The translations under genes were made by a program, and so were the position numbers. From the NCBI RefSeq assembly GCF_006345805.1, contig NC_043002.1, positions 23,932,001-23,996,000 of the forward strand: a stretch of 64,000 nt of DNA, given 5' to 3'. Positions 13,161 to 26,432 of this stretch are shown in pieces. Positions within the stretch are counted from its first letter, which is position 1. Each line of letters starts with the position of its first letter. The notes beneath the pieces were generated by a model. It did not search any database. It was not told the DNA's origin and was given only the letters and a program-made list of their open reading frames with translations. This DNA is from Octopus sinensis (taxonomy: Eukaryota).

Positions 13161-13683
13161 TCAAAAGCTGCAGAAAGGAAGAAAGAAGTATTCTTTCCTG
13201 CTAACAAAATCTTTAGTTTTTATTAGTTTAACATTTTTATTAGTTTTTATTAGTTTAACATTTTTATTAGTTTTACATTGAAGTTTAACAATTTAGTTTG
13301 GAATTTCCTGTTTAAATCTTTGTCTTTGATGCAGAACTACACTATTGCAATACAGGTGTTCTCATGGACAACAAATATTAGTGTTTTCTGTTATGGCCTA
13401 GTGGGCTGTATTATACAGAAAAGGGCTGAGAACAGAGCCTTAATAAAAGCCAATTTGCAACACTTTGCCAAACTCATTGCAAATCATCACCTTGCTAATG
13501 GCACTTCCTTACTTGCCTTGCACAGCTCTCAGAAGCCATTCATTAATTCCTAGTTTTCTTAGCAATCACCAAACTACAGAGTGGAGAATTCTGTTTAAGG
13601 AGTATTCTCCATTTGACAAAATCTAGATAGACCAACTTAATCCTAGTACTTTTGTTTGGAGTTGTTCTATTGGGTGTGCGTTT

Positions 13684-13716
<33 letters not shown>

Positions 13717-13736
13717 TTATATCCTTGGAGTTAATT

Positions 13737-14290
13737 TATGGGGAGTGAGAGAGCAGTGCATGCCATCAAAGTGACACAGGTAAAATATACGAAGTCCAGT
13801 ATACCCATCAAGACTACCTGTCTGATAAGGGTACACCAGGCACATGCATCACAACCATATGTGCGGAACATGGTGATCTCATATCACAATAAACAGCGCA
13901 TGACCTTGCAGGTGGGGCCCAGTTAGAATTTTCTTCTGGTTGAGTAGTCCATCCCGCTCAAAAGGTCCCTGAATAAGGATTGTTTAAGGATGTTAAACGA
14001 ACCAACTGTTTCCAAAGGTGAATTATCCAAACCTCTAAGAATTCCTTTCAACACACGGCTATGATGCCCCCCCCCCCACTACATCTACTTGTGGTCAGAG
14101 ATGCACATATCGTCAGCCACTAAGGGACATGCTCAACTGATTAAGGTCAAACAACTGACAAGCAAATCTGTGGTATTGAGTAGAATATTTGCTGTAGCCC
14201 ATCTTTTATACCAAGACAAAACAATGTACATGATAACACTTCCAATCAGTTAAGATCAGCAGCCATGAGAGCCACTGTCTGTTACTTATT
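13737..14290. repeat. Unclassified interspersed element abutting a (TTA)n tract
   Basis: GC-richer non-coding ~550-bp block with sharp boundaries. No second copy in the window. Confidence 0.4.
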
Positions 14291-15424
14291 ATTATTATTA
14301 TAATTATTATTATTATTAGTAGTAGTAGTAGTAGTGTGAGAGAAAGATAGAGAGACAGATAGACAGAAAGATAAGAGAAAAAAGAGATAGAGAAGGGGAA
14401 ACACAGTGAGAGAGTGTGTGGAATGTGCCTCAATGTTGATATTCCATGGCTTTATTTGTCATCATTTGAGCCAAACAGTGATATAATGTTTACATTCCTT
14501 GTTGACATTACAACAAACCACTCTAGGCATTTGAAAAGCAGGAGAATAAAAGAATATACCTCACTTGATAACAGATAAGAGTTGACAATAGAATGGGCAT
14601 CTGACTATGCACACACACACACACACACACACACATACATGCATATATGTGTTTGTATGCATACTTTCATACATGCATCCATGCATCCATACATATTGAT
14701 GACATCATAAGAATTTACAAAATTTGAGAAAATATTAAATAATTCTTATTTATTATGATGAAACTCAAAGCCAAAACAGCTATAAATAATAGCATGGGTC
14801 CATACCAGTTGAGTAGACTAAGAACAACATATAACGAAGTGCTTTGTTCTAAGGCAGGATATTCTGCTTGGTTCAGAAATTGAACCCACAATTTTATTGT
14901 TATGAATCCAAAACCTAACCACTTGACTATGTAGCTTTCCTCACATGCACAAACGCACATTGTGTGTGCATGTGTGTATACATACATATATACATACTTG
15001 CATGCATGCATACATACGTACATATATATTTTTGTTGAAATATTTTACAAACATTTTAACTAACTTAAACTTTGCTTATGCCTAAACACAGCTGGGTGCT
15101 AACATTTTGGTAATTTCCATGATCTGGCAGTCTACTGGTGCAAATTAGTCAGTGTTGTTGTCTGTATTTTAGTTAAAGCTATAGCTTTAATAGCATCTGT
15201 CCTGAATTGCTTCTCTTAGGTATTTCCCATTGATAATGGCTAAGGAGCTAGGAACATTAATGCCTGGGAATCCTGATAGAAGGTGACACTGGTCAGATAT
15301 GGTGTTTTTACATCTTTTTTACCATAGGAAAAAATTTTCTCCACAGTAACTGCCGTAAATTTGCCTTTTAGCAATTGAAATACATAATGAACATATTTTA
15401 ACTAACCTAAATTTTGCGCACACA

Positions 15425-15920
15425 TCATCATCATCATCATCACCATTTAAACGTCCATTTTCGAAGCTGGCTTGGGTTTGACTGAGGACTGGCAAGCCAG
15501 GAGGTTGCACCAGGTTCTAACCTAGCCAGCAAGGTTTCTACAGCTGAATGCCCTTCTTGATGGGAGCCAGTCAGGTACCATTGCCATCAACCATGCACAA
15601 ATGGTGCTTTTTACATGCAACCAGCATGGGAACCAATCAGGCAACACTGGCATCGACCACAATTGAATGGTGCTTTTTACATACCATCGACCTGGGTGTC
15701 AGTCAGGTGGCACAGGTGCTAGTCAGGCAGCACTGGCATCAGCCATGCTCGAATGGTGCTTTCTATGTGCTACTGGCATGGGTGCCAGTCTGGTGGCACT
15801 GGCATTGGCCATGACTACAATCTCACTTGACTCAACAAGTTTTCTCAAGCACTGCATTTTGCCCGATGATTGAAGGGTACTTTTAAACAGGCCAGTTATG
15901 GGACACTGGCATTGACCACG
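15425..15920 (-). mobile_element. RTE-tailed SINE-like element with tandem ~65-bp units
   Basis: (CAT)n then TTTAAACGTCCATTTTC; repeated AATGGTGCTTTTTAC...CCAGTCAGG units, reverse complement of the 4645 units. Confidence 0.75.
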
Positions 15921-15999
15921 GCTACTATTTCACTTGGCTTGAAAAGTCTAATGTTAGCTTTGCATCTGTTAGGTGTGGTTTAGATTGTAGTATGTGAAT

Positions 16000-17009
16000 G
16001 TGTGTTAAGCTGCATGCAGGCACCTGTAAATCTGTTTGTAATATGCTCCTTTGTTAACAATATTGAGAAGGCGGCAAGCTGGCAGAAACGTTAGCATGCT
16101 GTGCAAAATGTTTAGCGGTATTTTGTCTGTCTTTATGTTCTGAGTTCAAATCCGCCAAAGTCGACTTTGCCTTTCATCCTTATGGGTCGATAAATTAAGT
16201 ACCAGTTGCGTACTGGAGTTGATCTAATTGATTGCCCCCTCCTCAAACATTTCGGACCTTGTACCTAGAGTAGAAAAGAATACTGAGAGTGACTCTTTGG
16301 AACATAGCTGGCATTTCTGAGTTAATGTGTTACAGGGACTTACATGTCTAATTATAGACCAGGTCAGGTTGTATTTTTCCTTCTCTTACTTGAGCCTTCA
16401 GCTAAAATCAGCCAGTGATGTTACATGCCATTTAAGGATTTTTTGAAAGCTGGCAGTATGGTTGCGATATTGACCAATGCTCCTATAAAAATGTAAGGGC
16501 TTCCTCTAGTGTTTACTGTACACTTATACACCACATTTCTGGTCATGCATTGATTGTGCAAGGGAAATCTGAATCTGTTGCTACACGAACATAATTGGTT
16601 GGTTTTTTCTTTTTGTTTGCTTGTGTGCTAGATGAATGGGTTCTATTCAGTATATTTACGGTCATAGCTATCCTATTATTATTACTATTTCTGGGTGTGT
16701 TAGTGTTGTTGTTTGAATTGTTGCGGGTGTGACATGTTGGTTTGTTATTGTAGATATTGCAGTTGTTGTTTCTCAGTTGATTAGTATTATAGTTCGAGTC
16801 ATTACCACTTTGATGCATTAATTGGTTGGTATTTGCATTGTGTCTAGGTTGGTTATACAAGTCGCAGTCAATTTTTGTGGGTTTATTTTGAGGGCAGTCT
16901 GTTCGCTGTCTTAGTTTATGATTATTAATCCTATGAATGTGGTGTTCTATATTTGATGAGTCAGCATAGGACAGCTTTATAGTGTGCCGGTTGAATATTT
17001 TGCTGTGAG

Positions 17010-17015
<6 letters not shown>
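16000..17015 (-). mobile_element. Penelope-like element, GIY-YIG endonuclease region, decayed
   Basis: Minus strand KIFNRHTIKLSYA, FPLHNQCMTRNVVYKCTVNTRGSPYIFIGA, NHTASF, YNLTWSIIR, KCQLCSKE. These follow the Penelope C-terminal motif order. Confidence 0.85.
16069..16280 (+). mobile_element. SINE family C inserted in the Penelope fragment
   Basis: Full copy with probable target duplication AATATTGAGA (16059-16068) / AATACTGAGA (16279-16288). Confidence 0.9.
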
Positions 17016-17052
<37 letters not shown>

Positions 17053-18053
17053 CATACATACACACTCATGTATAAATCAAATATTAACTAGAATATCACA
17101 TTCCAGTCAATCAACAACCAGGCATTCACTCACACAACTCCCACACCCACACAACATACCCACAATGTCTGTCCTCATTTGATAATAATTAACAAATAGT
17201 TAATAATAATAATAATAAAATAACAGGTTATTTTAAAGAATTCTGCAACCAGTTATATTTATTTATTACTCCCCTCTCTCAAAAACCCTGTTCCCCATGT
17301 ACCATCTGCTAAATATCTGCTAAATCAATTAGACTGAGCTTCTTAATATCTCATCCAGCCAACACCCAGCCTACACCCAACATTCATCCACAGCCTAATA
17401 ACCAGCTTTTATCTCCTCTCTAGACTCCAACCCCCATTGTTTACCCAAGTACTTATTCATCAAAGACACATCCATACCCTATATTCTACCATTGCACACC
17501 TACACCAAAAAAAAAAAAAAAGCAAAAACCTGGCCATTTACCCACCTACCTACCCATTCACACACATACCTATCATTCCCACCATATCCACAGCCTATTA
17601 CCCCTAGCACCTCCTGTAACAACCATTGCCTCCTGCTATATTTTTCAAAGAATCCTCCTCCATTGCTACAACCATGTCACAACCAGGGGTGGTTACCACA
17701 GCCACAGTCAGCTGGGGCATAGTAACAGAAAGAAGCAAACGCATGAGGTATGAATGAACTACTTGCACTACTTGTCTATTCAGCTGTCACATTATCAAAA
17801 TATATCAACAATGTGTGTGTGTGTGTGTGCATACATATATATACATACATGTGTGTGTGAATGCATATTGATATGTACATGTGTGTGCATATACATACAT
17901 ACATGTTTGTTTGTTTGTGTATGTGTGTGTGTGTGTGTGTATTAATGCTTGCTTTTATGTAAAATTATATATAAAAACATTTGAACATTGAATTTAAGAA
18001 TTAATGCTTTCTAGAAGAATACCATATTTCTTCATCTTTTCATGTAAAAATTA

Positions 18054-18088
<35 letters not shown>

Positions 18089-18129
18089 TACATACATACA
18101 CACACATACATACATACATACATACATAC

Positions 18130-18683
18130 AAAGGTGATGATGAGTAGGGTGGAAGTAGAAGTGTTAGTAAGATGGATCCATGTGGTGTATGTGGGAGGAG
18201 GGTAATGGCAAATGCGGTGTTGTGTACGAGATGTGAGAAATGGATTCATGGTAGATGTACGAAAATGAAGAAGGTGACCCCAAGACTAGCACAAGAGTTT
18301 GTTTGTGGAAGATGTGAGAAAGAAGCTGGAGGTCTGGCAAAGTCAGTGGAAACACTATGTAATGAGGTGGAGATTGTGAGAGGGTTTTGTTATTTGGGAG
18401 ATAGGGCGGATGCAAGTGGTGGATGTGAAGCAGTTGTGACAGCAAGAGCAAAACTTGGCTGAGTGAAGTTCAGGGAATGTGGAGCATTATTATATGGGAA
18501 ATGGTTCTCATTGAAGACAAAAGGAAAGGTCAATAGGAGTTGTGTGAAAGCTGCAATGCTGTATGGAAGTGAGACATGGTGGTTGAGAGAGAGAGAGATG
18601 GCAATTTTGAGAAGGATTGAGAGAGCAATGGTGAGAGAAATGTGTGGTGTGAGGCTGTTTGATAAGAGGAGGCTGGAAGAGCA
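18130..18683 (+). mobile_element. RTE-clade LINE fragment (post-RT region)
   Basis: CGVCGRRVMANAVLCTRCEKWIHGRC...FCYLGD...GGCEAVVTARAKLG*VKFRE...MLYGSETW...ERAMVREMCGV. Confidence 0.9.
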
Positions 18684-19386
18684 AACAGATAACAATACCT
18701 TACATGGGTGAAGACCTTCTTTAGCCTGGGGTGCCAGTGTTTCTCCTTTTCCTACCCACTGTCTTTGGTGCTTGACCCATTTCTCATCATCTGTCACTAT
18801 TTGGTCCCCAAAAAGTTCATTTGTGAGATGTGACAGCAGAGAAGTGCACACATTCACTCTCTGTATGCAATTGGACGCGGAAAGTTTGTGAGGAACCCAT
18901 TGACCCAATTTGCTGACTTTTCTGATGGCATGCAGGTGTTGATGAATGGTTGAATGACCGAATACAAACTTCTCTGCTTATTCCACCAGGGTTTGCAGGA
19001 CCCTCCTTGTCAAGCTCTACAGAACTTCCTGGATGAGGCTCGTATTCTTGCTGTAGTTTCTGGTTTGGAATTTCTGGAACCACCATTGATGCTGGCTTAT
19101 GCTTATTGTCTGATCCCCATATACTGCATTAATATTCCTTGCACTTCCTGTTACATTGTTGCCTTTATTGAATGCATAAAGCAAAATATGCTAAATATGC
19201 TCCTCTGGCACTTCCATTATAGCTTTGAAAAAAATAACTGTTAAAATAACTTGCACTAAGAATAAGAAGATAAAATTACTACCTGCTTTTTTAGCAAGTT
19301 GATGCAGGTAGTTTATCCTGTCCCTGCTTTGACTTTTAGTTAATACAGTTGAAAAAACCGCATTATTTATGGGGTGACCCAATATA
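18684..19386 (-). mobile_element. Mariner transposon 5' half, decayed
   Basis: MEVPEEHI*HILLYAFNKG N-terminus, WVPHKL motif, IVTDDEKWV. Terminal repeat TATTGGGTCACCCCATAAATAATGCGG near 19358-19384. Confidence 0.9.
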
Positions 19387-19420
<34 letters not shown>

Positions 19421-19423
<3 letters not shown>

Positions 19424-19660
19424 GGCATAAGAAGCTTAAATAGGATGATAGGTTGAGAGAGAAAAACAAGAAAAGGTGAGAAGGAAGTAGAATTAAAAGA
19501 TATCTACTTCCTTCTTGCCTTTTATTGTTTTTTCTCTCATCCTACCATCCTGTTTTAACTTGTTATGCCATAGCCTGAGGATTGCATGAAGGCACCAAGC
19601 ATGTTAAAAAATGCTGTCTGAGATGGTTTCATTGCATGAAACTATTTCTAGCTAATAACA
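19421..19660 (+). mobile_element. Penelope-type terminus: ~70-bp hairpin followed by a degenerate hammerhead core
   Basis: 19421-19491 pairs with 19503-19572. Then TAGC-CTGAGGA (19575-19581)...GAAAC (19638-19642)...GCTA. Confidence 0.55.
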
Positions 19661-20035
19661 AAATATACATTGTGTTAATTGAATAATATTCATCTCTCAT
19701 CAAATGGAGAACTTTTTTTGTTAATCTTACCATCATGGAACAGTACACTATATATATATATATATATACATATGGCAATGAGCCCAACATGTAAGGGACA
19801 AGTTTTAATGATTGTATTAGTTTAATGCTTAAAAAGAAGACAGAGGGTCTTTGACATTTTGGATATTAGTCTGTCATCAGGATAAAGTAAGAAAACGGTT
19901 AAGAAAAAAATGGTTAGCAGCAGGGAGCCATAAATACAGTTCTATGGGGGGAGTTAGGAAAGAAAGAGGAGGCAGGGGTGATGGAACACGGACATTAAAT
20001 GATGATGATGATACACACACACACACATAAGTAGT

Positions 20036-20402
20036 GTATTGCCTCTGTGTTAGTGGTGGTGGAGGTATTGTTTTCAGTCATGTTTGTTTGTTTGTCCATG
20101 GACAAAATGTCTGAAGAACTGCTAGATGGATTTGGATGAAACATTCAGGATGTTTGGCTTTGTGACTGGCATGAACTGATTAGATATTGGGATCGATCCA
20201 ATACCGAACAATGATTCTGGATTATTTTTCCAGTTTTTTTACTTAATTTTTGAGAGCAGTCAGGTTCATTTTTAATATTCTCATTTGTGAGAGCAGTCGA
20301 GTTTATTTCAGACATTCTCATTTTAAAAATCATTTCTAGTTAATCGTTGAGAGGATATTGGTGTTGCCTTGGTGGAGGTTTATGCTCTCTGTGTGCTCTT
20401 GT
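20036..20402 (+). mobile_element. Helentron/DINE-1-like (HINE-type) non-autonomous element
   Basis: Subterminal inverted repeat GCCTCTG / TGGAGGT, (GTTT)n microsatellite, GATGGATTTGGATGAAAC core, decayed 3' hairpin in TATGCTCTCTGTGTGC. Confidence 0.6.
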
Positions 20403-20734
20403 TTAAAACTTCATTTTTATCTTACAACTCAAGTTTAATGTGACTCCAATCTTTTTTTCACACTTGTATGGCTTGGACAGAATTCCTTGTGGAACATCTA
20501 CAACTAGATGCCCTTCCTGTTGCCAACCTTCACTTGTTTTGAGCAAAGTAACATTTCCTTATGACTAGGCATATTTTCTTGTAAGATTGGGAATGAACAA
20601 CACCACTTGCATGACACTGACACTCATTTACAACTATTGTGCAATGTCAAAACAAAGAGACACACATATAAGCATGCACTTATACTTATATGTACACATA
20701 CTCACACATATATACATGTATGCATATACATCAG

Positions 20735-21195
20735 TTTCTTATTTCTTATTTATTTATTGCCCACAAGGAGCTAAACATAGAGGGGACAAACAAGGACAGA
20801 CAAACAGATTAAGTCGATTACATCGACCCCAGTGTGTAAATGGTGTTTATTTAATTGACCTCGAAAGAATGAAAGGCAAAGTCGACCATGACGGAATTTG
20901 AACTCAGAACGTAGTGACAGACGAAATATCGCTAAGTATTTCGCCCAGCATGCTAGTGTTTCTTATTTCTTTATAGTCCACAAAAGGCTAAACATAGAGG
21001 GGACAAACAAAGGTAGACAAAGGGATTAAGTCGATTACATTGATTCCAGTGCACAACTGGTACTTAATTTATTGACCCTGAAAGGATGAAAGGCAAAGTC
21101 AGCCTCAACGGAATTTGAACTCAGAACATAACGCCAGATGAAATATAACTAAGTGTTTCGCCTGGCGTGCTAACATTTCTGCCAGTTCGCCGCAT
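20735..21195 (-). mobile_element. Two tandem SINE family C copies
   Basis: Repeated TTTCTTATTTCTT...GGCTAAACATAGAGGGGACAAACAA...GGAATTTGAACTCAGAAC. Confidence 0.9.
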
Positions 21196-22887
21196 ACACA
21201 ACAGTTTCTGTCTACCAAATTCATTCACAACAATGTGGTCTAAGGCCACAGTAAAAAACACTTGCCCAAAATGCAGTGCTGTGGAACTGAACTCAAAGCC
21301 ATGTGGTTAAGAAGCAAACAGCTTAAATACACAACCATGCTTGCATATATATATGCGTATATGTGTAAGTGTATGTATGTATGTATTCATGTGTGTGTGT
21401 GTGTGGGTGTGTTTTCAGTTTTCTTAGGTTTCATTTTAGTCTTTTTTTTCTATATTGGACAAAATTATATATTTTTAGAAACGACCTAAAAAATTGTTCT
21501 GCAAAATTCCAAATATCTGAAAAACTTACTCTTTTAAGCATGGACATTTTAACCCACACTAACATTTTTCTAAAAATGGTTTTTGGATTTTTTATTTCAA
21601 CAATGCAGATTCAGCATTTACACACAAAAAATTGATTTAAACGAGATAAAAATTGATTATTAAGCGATCTTGATCCCAGACTTCATGAATTTATTATATA
21701 CTGATTATTACATTATGTTAATTACATTGCTTAAAGGTTTAAGGCCTGAAATTTGCAAGGAGGATAGTATAAGTCACCTTATTTAATACTAGACCCCACT
21801 TAGTCAAGTATCCAGTACACTCTGTAGAGTGGTTAGTGTTAGGAAGGGTATCAAGTCAAAGAAACCATAGATATTGGAGCTTAACACAGCCTTCTTACCT
21901 GTCAAATCCTATAAAACTACCCAACCTGTGCCAGCATGGAATATGGATACTAAATGATGAAGAAAAGGATCTTTGTTGATACTATTGGTCTCACTACTGA
22001 CTGGTACTTTATTTTAACAACCCCAAATGTATAAAAGACAAAGTTGGCCTCAGTGGAATTTGAACTCTGAACAAGTACTGCTAAGGAATGTTTCAAAACA
22101 TTCTTATCATTCTAACAGCTTACCATTAGTTAATAATTAATGAAAGAAATGTCTATTTAATAATGATTTCTGATTTGAGCACAAGGCCTGCAATTTTGAG
22201 GTAAGTAGGTAGTTAATACCATTGAGCTCAGTACTTCACTGGTACTTCAATTATGAACTCTCAAGGAATGAAAGGCAAGGTTGACTTCAGCAGCACTTGA
22301 ACTCAGAACAAAGAACTGCAAGAAATACTGCGAGGTGTCTTGTCCAACATTCTGACGATTCTTCCAGCTCACTGCTTGAATGTGTATTTAATAATGAAAG
22401 CATTATTATGGTTACTGTTTCAACTTCTGAATCTTTAAAATGTTGTTTAAGTGTATTGAGGATGAAGATATAATTGCAAATGCAAACAAAATATATTTCT
22501 ATACAAAAGAAGTACTTTTTTAAATTTGTAAAGGCACACATAATAAAAAGTACAACACAATAAAGTACAGCACGAGAGTGACATAGCTGCCAACACTTAA
22601 CATAACAATACATGTATGTACACAATAAAATATTTTTATACATAATGCAAAACCATTTTAAACACAAACTCACATCCAATTTATAATGTAACATCATTTT
22701 ACAAAGTGATTACTAAGATTAATTAAACTGAATTAATTAATATTTTATAGTATATTTTAATAAACATAAAATTTTATACAATAGAACTTTTCAAGACATT
22801 TCAATTTGTTGTTTTTCCATTGGATATGCGATACATCTGGTGATGAAAGGAACAAATCAAAGCAGAATTGTGATAATGATTAACACT

Positions 22888-23296
22888 GGTGAGGCTGTGT
22901 GGTAAGTAGCTTGCTTACCAAGCACATGGTTCCAGGTTCAACCCCACTGTGTGGCAGCTTGGGCAAGTGTCTTCTACTATAGCCTCGGGCCAACCAAAAC
23001 CTTGTGAGTGGATTTGGTTGACGGAAACTGAAAGAAGCCTGTTGTATATATGTATATATATATATATATATGTGTGTGTATATGTTTGTGTCTCTGTGTT
23101 TGGCCCCCCCAACATCGCTTGACAACCAATGGTGGTGTGTTTACGCCCCTGTAACTTAGTGGTTCGGCAAAAGAGACCGATAGAATAAGTACTAGACTTC
23201 CAAAGAATAAGTCCTGGGGTCGATTTGCTCGATTAAAGGTGGTGCTCCAGCACGGCCACAGTCAAATGACTGAAACAAGTAAAAGAGTACAAGAGT
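22888..23296 (+). mobile_element. SINE family A copy (full length)
   Basis: Colinear with 5476-5872. Confidence 0.9.
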
Positions 23297-23544
23297 ATAC
23301 CATTGTAAAGAAATACCAATAATAAAGAATACATTCTTTGAGAAAGTAAATTGACCATGGAATAAATAACTGAAATATTGTACATGTATGCATGCAAACT
23401 TGTACCATCTAAAAACTTTGGCAGAGTTTTGGATTAGATGCCTCTTATCTCATGGGAAAAGTAAAGGTTACAAACTAAAATTTCTCAAAGATTTTTTGTT
23501 TTCTTCACACTCATGATTACTATTGTATGAAACACAGGAATAGT

Positions 23545-24325
23545 AAATCTTAGTATATTTTGTTCCTGTATTTGATTTGCAAAATTCTTGATGTAAATTC
23601 ATAGATTGAAACAGATTTTGTTGTATCCCAAAAAGACCATTATGTTAATAATAGACACATTCACTGGTTCCATTTCACTTCCTTTATTATTATTAGTTAA
23701 TTAGTTACAGTGGTGAACTGGCAGATTCGTTAGCATGCTTAGTAGCATTTTGTCAGTTTCAATGTTCTGAGTTCAAATTCCACCGTTGTTGTTTTTGCCT
23801 TTCATCCTCTTGGGGACAATAAAATAAGTATCAGTCAAGTACTGGGGTTGATGTAATTGTTTATTCCCCACCTCAAAATCTACTGGCTCTATGCCAAAAA
23901 TTTGAAACCATTATTATTGGTCAATTAGTTAAACATTTAATCAACTGATTGATTAACCAAAGAATTAATCAGGCAGTCGACTGGATAAATGGTTAACTAA
24001 TCTAGTAATAATAATGGTTTCAAATTTTGGCACTAGGCCAGCAATTTCGAGGAAGGGGTAAGTTGATTATATCAACCCCAGTATTTGACTGGTACTTATT
24101 TTATTGGCCCCCAAAAGGATGAAAAGCAAAGACAACTTTGGCAGCATTTGTACTTAGAAGATGGGGGCAACTGAAATGCTGATGAGCATTTTACTAATGA
24201 TTGAGAAAGCTTGTAATAATAATAGTAATAGTAATAATAATAAAAGTGAAATAGAATCGGAGTGTGTTTATTATTGGCAAAATGACCTTCTCAAGATATA
24301 GCAAAAACAGGAATACTAAAATTGA
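23545..24325. mobile_element. MITE-like element (7228 family) carrying two oppositely oriented family C SINEs
   Basis: Arms at about 23615-23700 and 24232-24305; SINEs at about 23708-23910 (+) and 24013-24190 (-). Confidence 0.65.
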
Positions 24326-24844
24326 ATAAAATATAAACTTGATTCTTCTCCTTTCTCTCGAATTATTGATGGGGTACCTGATCCAAAACTTGAAATGGAA
24401 ATATGGATTAGTATTAGAAGCTATGGTTAATAAGTGAAATTTTTATGTGATGTATTAGCTTAGTACTTCATTGCTAATCCAGCTAGATTTGAAGGTGTTG
24501 GTCAAATTGATTTCATTACAATTCACAATTGTAGGTAGCATGTCCATCAGACATGGCTGGTTGACTTTTAGTCATAAATTTCCAGGTATTCTTGTTGTAA
24601 GAACAAGCTTGGAAAATAATCAATAGTCTCTAGTTTATTAATATTTCTATTTTAGTTTTGTTTTTAACGAAAGTATTGTGAATGACGTAAGTTTTTGTTT
24701 TCTACCAGACATACTGAATGATTTCAGTGGTTACGTTGGTTTTATTTTGTAGAGGAGGTCAAGAAAATTTTCATTGCAAACCTGTTAAGCAAAAACTAAA
24801 CAATCAAATAAATAAATAAATAAACAACAACAATAATGACGATT

Positions 24845-25085
24845 TGATGTGGGAAATATGAAGGTTGTGGTGAATGAAGAGAGTAGACATGATACCAATA
24901 GTAATTGGTGCACTTGGAAGTATCAGCACTCAACTACCAACATGGCCGAAAAAGATCAGAGCAAGTGTGAAGGTAGAACACCTACAAAAATCAGCATTGC
25001 TTGGAACTGCCTTAGTCTGTTCGTTGTGGATAGCTGACACTTTCCATCATACCCAGCAAAATAAGCTGTGAGTTTTCATAAAATA
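24845..25085 (+). mobile_element. R4/Dong-type LINE extreme 3' fragment
   Basis: IPIVIGALGSIS...EHLQKSALLGTA is the C-terminus of a restriction-like endonuclease ORF. Followed by (AAT)n. Confidence 0.8.
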
Positions 25086-25271
25086 ATAATAATAGTAATA
25101 ATAAGAAGAATGGCTTCAAATTTTGGCACAAGGCCAGCAATTTCGGAGGAAGGATAAGTCAATTACATGAACCCTAGTACTAAACTGGTACTTATTTTAT
25201 TGACCCCAAGGGGACAAAAGTTGACCATGGCAGTATTTGAACTTAAAATGTAAAGACAAATAAAATGCCAC

Positions 25272-26336
25272 TAAATCAAAAATTGATCCAACCAAGCTCT
25301 CAATTCTGCATTGGTACTGAATGAAACTCCGCACATAACATCTAAAACAGATCGTAAGAGATGGAAATTCATTGGTGCCAAATCAGGAGAGTACGGCAGG
25401 TGTGGCAGCACTTTCCAGCTATGCGTTTGAATGGCTTTCTTGGTCATGTTAGCGATATGAGGGCAGGCGTTACCGTGCAGCAGAAGAATCCCATGCTGAC
25501 GATTAGGTCTTTTCTCTTGAATAGCCATGTTGATTTGTTCCATCTGTTGAACATAGAGTTCTGCGTTGAACGTTTGATTCCATTCAAGCAATTCATAATG
25601 GATAATCCCTTCCCAGGCCCACCATATGCACATCATTTTACACAGATGAAGATCTTGTTTCACACGCGGTGTCGCTCGTTTACTGGGGCACCATTTTTCA
25701 TCACCAGTAAAGATTCGGTAAAGAAATCACTGCTTGTATTCATGGGTTGAGCGGTGACGAGCAAGGAAACCAACAGAGATTGTGGCTCGTTGATTTTTGT
25801 TGTCACTTAAAGCATGCAGAACACATGGTCCATACTTCTGAACCTTTCCCATTGAGTGAAGATGTTTCTCTATAGCAGTGTGGGAGCATTCCAGTTTCTC
25901 TGCCAGTTCCTTTGTCGTTTGACAAGAATTTTCAAGCAAAAGTTGGTTTAATTGCTCTTCATCAAACTCAACTGGACGGCTAGAATGAGATGCATCTTTG
26001 AGGTCAAAATTTCCATTTTTGAACTTGGCATTCCAATCACGAGCGGTTCTTTCAGCTATGGCACCCTCTCTATACACAGCACAAATGTTGCGAGCAGCTT
26101 TTGTGGCCTTAGAACCTTGATTAAAAGCAAAAAGAAGGCAGTTTTGAAAATGCTCATTTTCCATTTTGATTTGAAAATAAACAAAAATTAACTAAAATTA
26201 ACTAGAACAAAAAATCAAAATAGATTCCAAAATGATTCAAAAATAGAATTCTCGAAAAAAATAGATTCCCAAATTTAAAAATGCAATAAATTCCAAAATT
26301 TAAAAAAACGGCGTGAACTTAGTTGCCAACCCAATA
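25272..26336 (-). mobile_element. Mariner transposon, internally deleted and 3' truncated
   Basis: ORFs 25727-26164 (HTH region MENEHFQNCLLFAFNQG) and 25271-25663 (LLLHGNACPH, PYSPDLAP). One terminal repeat TATTGGGTTGGCAACTAAGTTC ending at 26336. Confidence 0.95.
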
Positions 26337-26432
26337 GATAGAACTCGAATAGCATTTAAGGATTAAAAAAAAAACAAGCAAAGTAGCGAGTTAGAAAATC
26401 TCTATAAGAGATGAAAGTAGTAACTATACTGA

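Noticed and set aside
14030-14125. Hammerhead on the minus strand (CTGACGA...GAAA)
   Set aside because: Stem II needs mostly G-U pairs and stems I and III do not form convincingly.
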